DNA from: Alphaproteobacteria bacterium
Lineage (GTDB): Bacteria; Pseudomonadota; Alphaproteobacteria; RUG11792
Assembly (NCBI GenBank): GCA_017481035.1
Contig: JAFUQI010000060.1
Coordinates: 159-64,158, forward strand
DNA length: 64,000 bases
Direction of reading: 5' to 3'
Below, one piece after another: positions 19,274-28,466 of this stretch; the first letter of the stretch is position 1, and each line of letters begins with the position of its first letter. The notes under the pieces are model-generated. The model was not told where the DNA came from. It saw only the letters and a list, made by a program, of their open reading frames with translations, and made no database searches. The position numbers and the translations under genes were made by a program.

Positions 19274-22117
19274 ATGAATAAACTTTATACATATATGTTT
19301 GTGTTATCTATATCACGTATGATATATTCATGTGATGATATGTATTATATGTACGAATGTGATGATGATATACAACCTATAACTTTAATAGATAACAATA
19401 TAACTTTAAAGGATGGAGAAATAACATTAGATGATATCTCTAGACAGACAGATAGTGCAAGTACTTTAACAGAGGAAGAGAAGCAAGTTAAGTATATATT
19501 AGACTTTGACTTACCTATTGGAGAAGGAAAGTATAGAGAATATGAATATAAGATAGAAGAAATAATTAAGACTGTTACAGATGAAAACGGAAATATGTCT
19601 TATTCTAAGTATGTTGAGGCTTGGAATAATAAACATAGAGACAATAGAATAGATATATCAAAAGATTGGTTCTATGGTAATACTGTTGAGGACTTGTTGG
19701 GATTAAATATAAATAATCAAGAAGAACTAAGAAATTATTATCATAATATTCTAGTTAAACGAATTGCCAGCGATGAACGTAATCATAGAATGCTGCCAGA
19801 GTTTACTTCTTTTATAACATATGATCTTAATAATATGAAAGACGAAGAGTTTAAAGCTACGATACTTCAAGGAATACTCGTAAACATGCTTTACGGAGTA
19901 AGTCTTTCAACTTATATTGAAAAACTGAAGCATAAAATTACTAAAATGAATTATGAAGGGTTTAACGTTGCTGTAAATACACTGAAGTTAAAATTAGAAG
20001 AAGCATTTCCAAATAGCAATCCTAATGATTTAAAAAAGGAATTGTTTGGGTTTCTGCTAGATAATGACTTGATAAAGGACAACTTTGATCTTTTTGCACA
20101 AGTATACGATGCTTTCATACAATCAAACGCAACTGAACCGAAAATATATGCAGAAGAAATATCAAAAAAATTAGGGAAAGACGATAAACGGAAAGAAATT
20201 GATGGAATTATAAAAGAACTACTTAAATTAGATGCAAAGAAATTACACGAAGATGTAAACAAAAAAGAAATGTCTTTTTCTCAGTATAGAAAATATTTTT
20301 ACGTATATCCATACAATAAGAATTATAATAACAAACAAAAAATTATACAAAGAATTGACGAAGTAAAGGATGAAATATATAAAACAATTAATGATTCAGG
20401 GCTTCTTGGATTCTTAAATACTGCTTTTGTTAAGGAAGGCAATGTAGAATATGCAGATGGATTTGCGCGAGCTGAAATATTGAGTCCAACTTTTCAAGGT
20501 TACGCCACGAAGAACCAACATGGTTATATTTTAGGAAAACAAAATGTTGTTATGCTGTTCAACATAATACAACAAAAATCAGAAAACGAATATACGTACG
20601 ACATGTCGCTATGCAAAGCTATAGATTTTTCGAATTGTTTTGAAACAGATGATTACGGAGTTCCAACTGAGAACTTTTGTAATTATGTCAATTATATATG
20701 CGAACAAATAAACAAGGCTTTAAATCATGGTGTTGAAATAAAGAATGTAAATAAAGATGAAGAAATGGTTGAAAGAATATGTGTTATAAAGTCTAATAGC
20801 ACAAATGATGACATTCTTGTTACAGTAACGCAATTTTTTCCAGGAGATAGTAAGACATGTCATTTTGTATTTAACACTATCTTTAAATATCCATTTTGCA
20901 AAATTTCTGGAAACGAAGATGAACACAAAAACTTTATGGGAAAAATTTTAAAAGTAATGGGTGAACTTAAAAGAAAAAATTTTTCTAACTATGACCTGTG
21001 TCTAATAAAATCACAAGATATTTTTGAATCAAAGGAGGAATACAACAACGCTAGAGATGAATACAAAATATTTTTTGATTTTGAAAATCTTCTCAAATCG
21101 TATGAAATATGCGGTATAAATAATCTGAAAATAAATGAATTAACTTGTGATGATACAAACAAATTAATAAGCATATCTTTCGTTCAAAAAGATAATCATA
21201 GTCAAGGTAAATTTATAACAAAAAAAACAGAAGAATTGTCTATAAGTGAAGCTAATGCGTTGTTAACTAAAAATAATTATCAAGGTACAACAAACGGACT
21301 GAAAACAATAAGAATAACAAGAGATCAAGTTAAAAACGAAACAAAAATTGAAGTTGATTTTGACACAGAAAAAAAAGCTAGAACAATAAAAAAAGCTGGA
21401 ACAATTAAAGTTATAACTGATACTTGCGACACACTAACTGATGATAAACTTAAACTACTGAGATATCCAGTTTCTCTAATCCCTAGTGACTTAACGTCAT
21501 CTGAAGTACATTATAACTTTAACGGCAAAGTGATCAAAATTCAATGTCCATTTGACAAATATGAAGAATATTTGTTTAAACTTATAAAGTTATCAAATAG
21601 CGACATACAACAAGACACTTACATAGAAAAAAACGGTATATTCTTATCAGATGGAATGAATATATTGGATGACTCTGATTATGAAAGTATCAAAAAAGGT
21701 GAAATATATAGGCTTTATACTAGTACCAAAACATCACTTCATGATAAGTATAATCCATATTTTTATCAACTGGATACTAGTAACAAAGATAAAGATATAA
21801 AGGTATTAAATCCTATTAAATACGCTTATGCTAAACGCCTTTCCAAACTTTCGCCTAGTAGGATTCCAGATAAAATAAACATAATGTCGAAATCAACAGC
21901 CGAAAAACAAACAAAATTAAAATATATATTATGCACAGACGGACAGAGCTGCAAGTTTCCATTTTGGCAAATAGCAAATTTATACTATAAAGAAAATGAG
22001 TCTGGATACTTATTAATTGATAGAATAACAAAAGATTATAAAGCGAGAGGAGAGTATCGAAAGGATGTTCGGGTTTGTGCAATTAAGTCTTTACATCAAG
22101 CGACAGAGTTAGAATAG
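19274..22117 (+). CDS. Large Cys-rich orphan protein with a hydrophobic N-terminus (possible secreted or effector protein)
   Basis: 947-aa uninterrupted ORF. The N-terminus is MNKLYTYMFVLSISRMIYSC, with well over a dozen Cys, mostly in the middle and C-terminal parts. I recognise no catalytic motif. Confidence 0.6.
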   Translation: MNKLYTYMFVLSISRMIYSCDDMYYMYECDDDIQPITLIDNNITLKDGEITLDDISRQTDSASTLTEEEKQVKYILDFDLPIGEGKYREYEYKIEEIIKTVTDENGNMSYSKYVEAWNNKHRDNRIDISKDWFYGNTVEDLLGLNINNQEELRNYYHNILVKRIASDERNHRMLPEFTSFITYDLNNMKDEEFKATILQGILVNMLYGVSLSTYIEKLKHKITKMNYEGFNVAVNTLKLKLEEAFPNSNPNDLKKELFGFLLDNDLIKDNFDLFAQVYDAFIQSNATEPKIYAEEISKKLGKDDKRKEIDGIIKELLKLDAKKLHEDVNKKEMSFSQYRKYFYVYPYNKNYNNKQKIIQRIDEVKDEIYKTINDSGLLGFLNTAFVKEGNVEYADGFARAEILSPTFQGYATKNQHGYILGKQNVVMLFNIIQQKSENEYTYDMSLCKAIDFSNCFETDDYGVPTENFCNYVNYICEQINKALNHGVEIKNVNKDEEMVERICVIKSNSTNDDILVTVTQFFPGDSKTCHFVFNTIFKYPFCKISGNEDEHKNFMGKILKVMGELKRKNFSNYDLCLIKSQDIFESKEEYNNARDEYKIFFDFENLLKSYEICGINNLKINELTCDDTNKLISISFVQKDNHSQGKFITKKTEELSISEANALLTKNNYQGTTNGLKTIRITRDQVKNETKIEVDFDTEKKARTIKKAGTIKVITDTCDTLTDDKLKLLRYPVSLIPSDLTSSEVHYNFNGKVIKIQCPFDKYEEYLFKLIKLSNSDIQQDTYIEKNGIFLSDGMNILDDSDYESIKKGEIYRLYTSTKTSLHDKYNPYFYQLDTSNKDKDIKVLNPIKYAYAKRLSKLSPSRIPDKINIMSKSTAEKQTKLKYILCTDGQSCKFPFWQIANLYYKENESGYLLIDRITKDYKARGEYRKDVRVCAIKSLHQATELE

Positions 22118-22150
22118 CTATTATGGCATTTGTAACAGAATAAACCGAAA

Positions 22151-22258
22151 CAAATAGAATCATTATAGTTGTGCTAATAATATATAGTTATTGAGCATAA
22201 GCCGGCTGCGGAAAATGCGCGCGGCGCAGCCTGCTTGAATGTTCATCTTATACTAACA
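22151..22258 (+). repeat. Intergenic element of about 105 bp, copy 1 (tagaatcattatagtt...GC hairpin...tatactaa)
   Basis: Aligns by eye in the same orientation with 38225-38328. The core is ataAGCCGGCTGCggaaaatgcgcgcgGCGCAGCCTGCTTgaa. Confidence 0.75.
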
Positions 22259-22428
22259 ATCATAAAATGTTAAGTTTATAAAAGGTTTTATAATATAATA
22301 ATATACTGTGTGGTACTGTTTATCTGTTGTTATATTTGTTTGTTTTAATCGCGACAGCGATTGATTAATTTTTTGCTAAAACTTATTGGTTGTTAGAATA
22401 ACTGTTAATGAATGCATTGTAAATATCG

Positions 22429-22457
22429 TTGACAGAAAAGTGCAAAATTTTTAGAAT
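22429..22457 (+). promoter_or_regulatory. Sigma-70-type promoter for tRNA-Pro
   Basis: TTGACA(22429-22434)-N17-TAGAAT(22452-22457), ending 9 nt before the mature tRNA 5' end. Confidence 0.6.
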
Positions 22458-22466
22458 CTAAGCTAT

Positions 22467-22543
22467 CGGGAAGTAGCGCAGCCTGGTAGCGCACTTGCTT
22501 CGGGAGCAAGGGGTCGGCAGTTCAAATCTGCTCTTCCCGACCA
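22467..22543 (+). tRNA. tRNA-Pro (anticodon CGG), CCA encoded
   Basis: CGGGAAG acceptor stem pairs with CTTCCCG. The anticodon stem-loop is CTTGC-TTCGGGA-GCAAG, the T-arm is GGCAGTTCAAATCTGCT, and the 3' end is ACCA. Confidence 0.9.
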
Positions 22544-22648
22544 CAAATGAAAGCAACTTTGTTTATAATGCAAGAATGTTGTGAAAAATGAAATTTTGTT
22601 ATATATTTTATACGGCTTGTTTTTGTCAAAATTCCACCTTAAATCGTT

Positions 22649-23083
22649 ATGAGTAATTTAATGCATCCGAAACGCATAGCTCGTATTGCAGCTATTCAGT
22701 TTTTATATAGAATTTCATTGCTGCAGTCAGATGTAAAAAATTTATTTCAGCTTGAAGAGTTCGTTGATACTCATATAAATAACGATGATTTTTATAGTGG
22801 TATGTCGAAAAGTTTTTTTAGAAAGTTGATTAGCTTTATATCTGATTTAAATTCATTAGATACATACATTTCTGGTGATATTGTAAGCAACCTTTCGTCA
22901 ATGCCTATAGTAACAAACTGTATTTTAACATCTGCATTAGCTGAATTAATATATGGGAAAGCAGATATTCCTGTTATAATTAATGAGTATATTGAGATAA
23001 CAAAACAATTTACAGATTATAGTACGGCCAAATTTGTAAATGCTGTTTTAGATAGAGCATCAAAGACATGTCGAAAAAACTAA
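22649..23083 (+). CDS. nusB: Transcription antitermination factor NusB
   Basis: 144 aa. The N-terminus [16 protein letters not shown] is typical of NusB. Confidence 0.8.
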   Translation: MSNLMHPKRIARIAAIQFLYRISLLQSDVKNLFQLEEFVDTHINNDDFYSGMSKSFFRKLISFISDLNSLDTYISGDIVSNLSSMPIVTNCILTSALAELIYGKADIPVIINEYIEITKQFTDYSTAKFVNAVLDRASKTCRKN

Positions 23084-23529
23084 TAATATATAGATCTGAA
23101 TCGAATTTTATAGATGTTGCAGTTAAAGTTATCGAAAAATTATACAATGATAGTGAAAATGTTTTATTTCTATGTTTGACAGAAGAAGAAGTAAAGGCAT
23201 ACAATCAAAAGTTATGGACATACTCTCAGCTGAGTTTTATCCCAAGCGGTAATATCTATGATATGCCTATTGAAGATGCTGCTTATTGTCATACTTGGTT
23301 TTCAACAAATATAGTTTTTGATAATCATCCAGTTGTGTTGCTACATAACGGTATAAATATTGACACGTATTCAGATATTGATAAATTTTATAAAATAATA
23401 GATATAGCAATTAAACCTAAAAATCAAGATATAAGCGATATTCTAAAAAAATACAAAACTGCAGGATTTAATGACCAAAAAGTTTGGATTCAACGTGGAA
23501 AAACGTGGGAACAGGGAGAAGCTATATGA
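23068..23529 (+). CDS. holC: DNA polymerase III chi subunit
   Basis: 153 aa. The layout resembles HolC (LIIYRSE...VLFLC...E..KAYNQKLWTY...FIPSG). Confidence 0.6.
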   Translation: MSKKLIIYRSESNFIDVAVKVIEKLYNDSENVLFLCLTEEEVKAYNQKLWTYSQLSFIPSGNIYDMPIEDAAYCHTWFSTNIVFDNHPVVLLHNGINIDTYSDIDKFYKIIDIAIKPKNQDISDILKKYKTAGFNDQKVWIQRGKTWEQGEAI

Positions 23530-24551
23530 AAGTTTTAGGTATTGAATCAAGCTGTGACGAGACATCTGCATCTGTTGTAATTGATTCGAAAGATCCAGAA
23601 AAAAGAATACTGTCAAATGTTATAAATTCACAGATACACATCCATGCCGAATATGGTGGAGTAATTCCTGAATTTGCTGCCAGAAATCATGCAGACATGA
23701 TAGACAAAGTTATAAAAGAGTCTTTGGATAAAGCAAATTGTAAAATCCAAGATATTGATATTATTGCAGCAACTGGAGGGCCAGGTCTGATAGGTGGATT
23801 GTTGGTTGGTATGGTAACAGCAAAAACGATAGCGGTAATGCTAGATAAACCGTTTATGGCAATAAACCATTTAGAAGGACACCTATTAACAACAAGACTT
23901 TGTTATGATGTAGAGTTTCCATATCTTTTGCTTTTAACATCTGGAGGGCATTTCATATTTGCCGAGGTCTTTGGTGTTGGAAATTACAAGGTACTTGGCG
24001 AAACACTTGATGATGCTGCTGGAGAAAGCTTTGATAAAGTTGCAAAAATGCTTGGTTTTGAATATCCAGGTGGTCCTGCAATTCAAAAATACGCAGAACT
24101 TGGTAATCCAAATAGATTTGAGTTTACTATGCCACTTCAGCGAAGGAGTGGATGCGATGCGTCGTTTTCAGGATTAAAAACAGCAGCAAGATTACAGATC
24201 GAAAAATTAGAAAAAGTGACAGATCAAGATAAATACGATATGGCGGCTTCTTTTCAAGGTATAGTAGTAAAATTTATAACAAGGCAGATAGAAAAAGCAT
24301 ATCATATGACAGAGTCTTTACCAAAAAACGTTGTTGTTGCTGGAGGGGTTGCAGCAAATAAATCGCTTCGAGAATCTTTATTAAAATTTTGCCAAGAAAA
24401 TAATTTAAATTTTTTTGCTCCACCTTTATCACTTTGTTCAGATAATGCAGCAATGATAGCTTGGGCAGCAATAGAGCGGAAAAAAGCTGGTTTTTCTTAT
24501 TCTGACTTAGACATTCAAACACGTCCTAGATGGAGCATCACTGAATGCTAA
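23526..24551 (+). CDS. tsaD: tRNA N6-adenosine threonylcarbamoyltransferase TsaD
   Basis: Carries the motifs MKVLGIESSCDETS, NHLEGH and GGVAAN. I set the start at ATG 23526, which overlaps the holC TGA. Confidence 0.9.
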   Translation: MKVLGIESSCDETSASVVIDSKDPEKRILSNVINSQIHIHAEYGGVIPEFAARNHADMIDKVIKESLDKANCKIQDIDIIAATGGPGLIGGLLVGMVTAKTIAVMLDKPFMAINHLEGHLLTTRLCYDVEFPYLLLLTSGGHFIFAEVFGVGNYKVLGETLDDAAGESFDKVAKMLGFEYPGGPAIQKYAELGNPNRFEFTMPLQRRSGCDASFSGLKTAARLQIEKLEKVTDQDKYDMAASFQGIVVKFITRQIEKAYHMTESLPKNVVVAGGVAANKSLRESLLKFCQENNLNFFAPPLSLCSDNAAMIAWAAIERKKAGFSYSDLDIQTRPRWSITEC

Positions 24552-25777
24552 AATTTATAAAAAAGTTTAGAAGAAATAAACTTTTTAAATTGCAGGATAG
24601 CACTTTAGAACGTGTGCGAGAACGCGCGAAAAAGAGACATATACGGGTTGCATTTCTAAGTAGCGAAAATGCAAAATGGCAATATCAATCACTTTATGAA
24701 GATATGCTAAAAAATGATAGGTTTGATCCGTTTGTTTTAATAACAGTAAGAAAGTCATTAACAAAAACTAAGTATAGTTTTTTGAATTATAAAAAGATAA
24801 CTCAAGATAACTTTGATTCATTTAAACTTCAAAATATGAAAGTGTATTATGCTCATGATATTGCGCGTAATGAACCAATAGATATAGCTGAATTTGCTCC
24901 AGATATTGTCTTCTATGAACAACCATGGGATATATTTGAAATTCATGACATTGAACACGTTTCAAAATTCGCAGTTCCAATGTTTGTTAGTTATGGTTCA
25001 TCAATAGATAATGGAACTTACGAATCAACGCATCCTTTCTTTCAGGAAGTTTATAGATATTTTATGGATAACGATGTCGCTAAGACGAGACTCATAGATG
25101 GTGGAGCTGACAAAGCGAGAATAATTACTACAGGTAGCTTATCTCTTGACGCGTATAGAAAGCAAGTTGACATTTCAAAAATAAATTGGACATCGAAAGG
25201 TAAACCAAGAATTATCTGGTGTCCACATCACTCATTTTATGAAGGATCTGCTTTAAATTTTGGTACTTTTGATTGGAACTATCGTTTCATGCTTGAATAC
25301 GCAAAAACTCATAATGATATTGAATTTATATTAAAACCTCATCCTGAACTAAAAAGACAAATAGTTAGACATAACTTAATGAACATAAAAGAGGTAGAAG
25401 ATTACTTTAATTTATGGTCTTCTTTAAAAAATGCCAAAGTAATAGAATCTGGAAATTATATAGATATGTTTAGAACTTCTGATTTGTTAATAACTGATTG
25501 CAATTCGTTTGTTTTAGAGTATTTTCCAACTAAGAAGCCAGTTATACAGTTAATTAATAAAAATTCTGTTGGACACAACGAGTTTGGGCAAATGATAACG
25601 AATACATATTATAAAGCGTATACAGTTGAAGATATAGAAAGTTTGTTCAATACTCTTATATATCAAAAACAGGACAACAAAAAGTTTGATAGATTAAAAG
25701 TTCTTGAATCATTAAAACTTGATTATAATACATCAGGTAAAATTATTAATCATATTCTTAACCTTGTTATACAGTAG
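24545..25777 (+). CDS. CDP-glycerol glycerophosphotransferase (TagB/TagF)-family protein
   Basis: 410 aa. The C-terminal half carries family-like motifs RIIWCPHHSF, FILKPHPELK and SDLLITDCNSFVLEYFPTKKPVIQL. Overlaps the tsaD stop. Confidence 0.55.
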   Translation: MLKFIKKFRRNKLFKLQDSTLERVRERAKKRHIRVAFLSSENAKWQYQSLYEDMLKNDRFDPFVLITVRKSLTKTKYSFLNYKKITQDNFDSFKLQNMKVYYAHDIARNEPIDIAEFAPDIVFYEQPWDIFEIHDIEHVSKFAVPMFVSYGSSIDNGTYESTHPFFQEVYRYFMDNDVAKTRLIDGGADKARIITTGSLSLDAYRKQVDISKINWTSKGKPRIIWCPHHSFYEGSALNFGTFDWNYRFMLEYAKTHNDIEFILKPHPELKRQIVRHNLMNIKEVEDYFNLWSSLKNAKVIESGNYIDMFRTSDLLITDCNSFVLEYFPTKKPVIQLINKNSVGHNEFGQMITNTYYKAYTVEDIESLFNTLIYQKQDNKKFDRLKVLESLKLDYNTSGKIINHILNLVIQ

Positions 25778-26120
25778 CCTTATAACAATTCTTGCGTCTT
25801 GTTGTTAACCGAAAGGTTGCAATGGATTTAGTAACAGAATTAATGAAAAACAACTAGAATCATTGCTGATTATAATATATTGTTTCGTGTTAATAATAAC
25901 CAGTATGCATATTATGCTTAAATAATTGATATTGTGCTGTTTGTATGGAAAATACGTAATATTGTCTATATATGTTTATCGTTCTGCAGCATAAACTTAT
26001 TGTTTGTTAAGGCGATTGTAAATTCCTATACAATAATAGCATTGACAAGCCAATAACGTTTATGATAAAAGATAAGGGTACGTATAGCCGAAAAGTCACT
26101 ATATTTTTAATAAGGAAATT

Positions 26121-26435
26121 ATGTTTGCAGTAGTTAAGACTGGTGGTAAGCAGTATTGCGTTAAGCCAGGAGATGTAGTAAAAGTTGAAAAAATTGAAGC
26201 AGAGTTGAATGCAACCGTTTCTTTAGATGATGTCTTGATGACAACGTTAGACAATGGAGAAGTTGTTGCTGGCGACTCTGTAAAGGCGGTAGTTAGCGCC
26301 GAAGTAATGAAGCATATGAGAAATCCGAAAGTCATAGTATTCAAGAAAAAAAGGCGTCATAACTATCGTAGAAAACATGGACATCGTCAATGGATGACTG
26401 TTTTAAGAATTACGGATATTAAATTAGCAAAATAA
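26121..26435 (+). CDS. rplU: 50S ribosomal protein L21
   Basis: 104 aa starting [18 protein letters not shown]. Confidence 0.95.
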   Translation: MFAVVKTGGKQYCVKPGDVVKVEKIEAELNATVSLDDVLMTTLDNGEVVAGDSVKAVVSAEVMKHMRNPKVIVFKKKRRHNYRRKHGHRQWMTVLRITDIKLAK

Positions 26436-26447
26436 TAGGAGAAGAAA

Positions 26448-26705
26448 ATGGCGACAAAGAAGGGTGGCGGTAGTTCTAAGAACGGAAGAGATTCTGTTAG
26501 CAAGAGATTAGGCGTTAAGAGATTTGGTGGTCAGTATGTACTAGCAGGAACAATAATTGTTAGACAGAGAGGAACCAAGTTTGGAGTTGCTGACAATGTT
26601 GGCCTTGGAAGAGATCATACAATCTATTCACTAGTTGATGGAAATGTATTCTTCAAAAAAGGTCGTGACAACAAAACATATGTTGGTGTAGAGCCGCTTA
26701 TATAA
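26448..26705 (+). CDS. rpmA: 50S ribosomal protein L27
   Basis: 85 aa. Carries [13 protein letters not shown] and the RQRGTKF motif. Confidence 0.95.
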   Translation: MATKKGGGSSKNGRDSVSKRLGVKRFGGQYVLAGTIIVRQRGTKFGVADNVGLGRDHTIYSLVDGNVFFKKGRDNKTYVGVEPLI

Positions 26706-26708
26706 CAA

Positions 26709-28466
26709 ATGCAAACAACCTGGAAACTAGAGGATATTTATAATTCTCCAAGTGACGAACAATTGAGAAAAGATCAAGAGTTCGTCAAGTCCAGTGTTTC
26801 AGATTTTAAACAAAAATATCAAAATAAGCTTTCTGTAGATTTTCTCGTTGCATCGATCAATGAATATGAATCCATAATAGGGATGATTGAGAAAATCGCA
26901 TCTTATTCGTTTTTGTATACGCAAACTAGATTAGACGATTCAGATGCACTTGCATTCTATCAAAAAACAGTTGAGTTTTTAACATCAGTTGAATCTGAAT
27001 TGGTTTTTTATGAACTTGAAGTTGCCAAACTTGATTATAATAAAACAATTGAAGTTAGCGGCGATTATAGGTCTTGGATTGAAGGGCTTTTCAGGTTTAA
27101 AGACCATATGCTTTCAACTCAAGTTGAAGAAACCTTATCGAAAAAAAGTATAACGTCTATAATTGGGTGGATTCGTCTTTACGATGAGATTTTGAGTCGT
27201 ATTGATTTTGACTTTGAGGGTAAGACAATTAGTTTGCCAGAGATAATGGAAATAGCAAGCCATTCCAATAATTCAGAAAAACGAGAAAAAGCATCACGTA
27301 TAGCAGGCGCAAGGCTTGAACAAGAAAGTTTTTATATAAAACATATCTATAATAACATATTAGTTGATAAGTCAACAAACGATAAGTTAAGAGGATATGC
27401 AAAGCCAGAATCGTCTAGGCACCTTAATAACAATATAGATCAAATTTCTGTAGATAACTTGGCAGATGCAGTAGTAGATGGATATAAAGAAACTTCTCAG
27501 AAGTACTATAAGCTTAAAGCAAAACTATTAAATAAAACGAATTTTGAATATTGGGATAGAAATGCTCCTGTTCAGTTAAGCGAAATTTTAAATAGAAAGT
27601 TTGAATATAGAGAAGCATGCGATATTGTTCTGAACATGTTCGGTCGGTTTTCGCGTGTGTTTCAAGACATAGCAAGAGACTTTATAGAAAAATCTTGGAT
27701 AGACGTTTATCCAGCCAAGAGCAAGACATCTGGAGCATTCTCTCATAGCTGCTGCTGTGATGTTCATCCATATATACTTTTAAATTACTTTGGAAGCGTT
27801 CGTGATATTTCAACATTAGCCCATGAACTTGGACATGGGATACACCAAACCTTGAGTTCAAAGAATGGGAGTCTTTTGTCAAATACTCCTATTACGCTTT
27901 CAGAGGTTGCTTCACTATTTTCTGAGAAGCTTCTGTTTGAGGATATGTATCAACAAACAAAGAATGATCTTGAGAGGATTGATTTAATTTGTTCTAAATT
28001 GGATGATACTATTAACTCAGTAATGAGACAAATCGCATTTTTCGAATTTGAAAGAAGAGCTCACGAATTAAGGAAAGAACGCGAACTTTCAAATCAAGAC
28101 TTTTGTAAAATTTTCCTAGACACGCAAAACGAGTGTTTAGGGAGTGCAGTCAACATAGATCCTGTTATAGGAAATTACTGGACATATATATCGCATTTCT
28201 TCCATTCGCCATTCTATGTTTATGCATATGCATTTGGTGAAATATTTACAAATGCTCTCTATGAGACATACAAAAAATCAGGATCAGAATTTGTTGAAAC
28301 GTACATAGATGTTCTATCACGTGGAGGTATTGATCGGTATGATGTTGTGGCTTCAAGGTTTGGTCTTGATACAGGTAGTGTAAAATTTTGGAAAAGTGGT
28401 GTAGAATTAATAAAGGATCAAGTTAATAACCTAGAGACGCTCTGTGATAGCGCAAAGATTATTTAA
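26709..28466 (+). CDS. pepF: Oligoendopeptidase F (M3B family)
   Basis: 585 aa. Has a Zn motif in LAHELGHGIH, and the length and layout fit M3B. Confidence 0.8.
   Translation: MQTTWKLEDIYNSPSDEQLRKDQEFVKSSVSDFKQKYQNKLSVDFLVASINEYESIIGMIEKIASYSFLYTQTRLDDSDALAFYQKTVEFLTSVESELVFYELEVAKLDYNKTIEVSGDYRSWIEGLFRFKDHMLSTQVEETLSKKSITSIIGWIRLYDEILSRIDFDFEGKTISLPEIMEIASHSNNSEKREKASRIAGARLEQESFYIKHIYNNILVDKSTNDKLRGYAKPESSRHLNNNIDQISVDNLADAVVDGYKETSQKYYKLKAKLLNKTNFEYWDRNAPVQLSEILNRKFEYREACDIVLNMFGRFSRVFQDIARDFIEKSWIDVYPAKSKTSGAFSHSCCCDVHPYILLNYFGSVRDISTLAHELGHGIHQTLSSKNGSLLSNTPITLSEVASLFSEKLLFEDMYQQTKNDLERIDLICSKLDDTINSVMRQIAFFEFERRAHELRKERELSNQDFCKIFLDTQNECLGSAVNIDPVIGNYWTYISHFFHSPFYVYAYAFGEIFTNALYETYKKSGSEFVETYIDVLSRGGIDRYDVVASRFGLDTGSVKFWKSGVELIKDQVNNLETLCDSAKII

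Noticed and set aside
23526-23529. Alternative genetic code (TGA as sense) given the reduced AT-rich genome
   Set aside because: TGA terminates well-defined genes at ATGA or GTGA overlaps (holC/tsaD, tolB/nuoH-like, iscU-A/ruvA). Conserved proteins are full length under code 11.
26042-26070. TTGACA about 75 nt upstream of rplU as a promoter
   Set aside because: The best -10-like hexamers are poorly spaced or weak (TATGAT at 13 nt, ATAAAA at 17 nt), so the evidence is not enough for a call.
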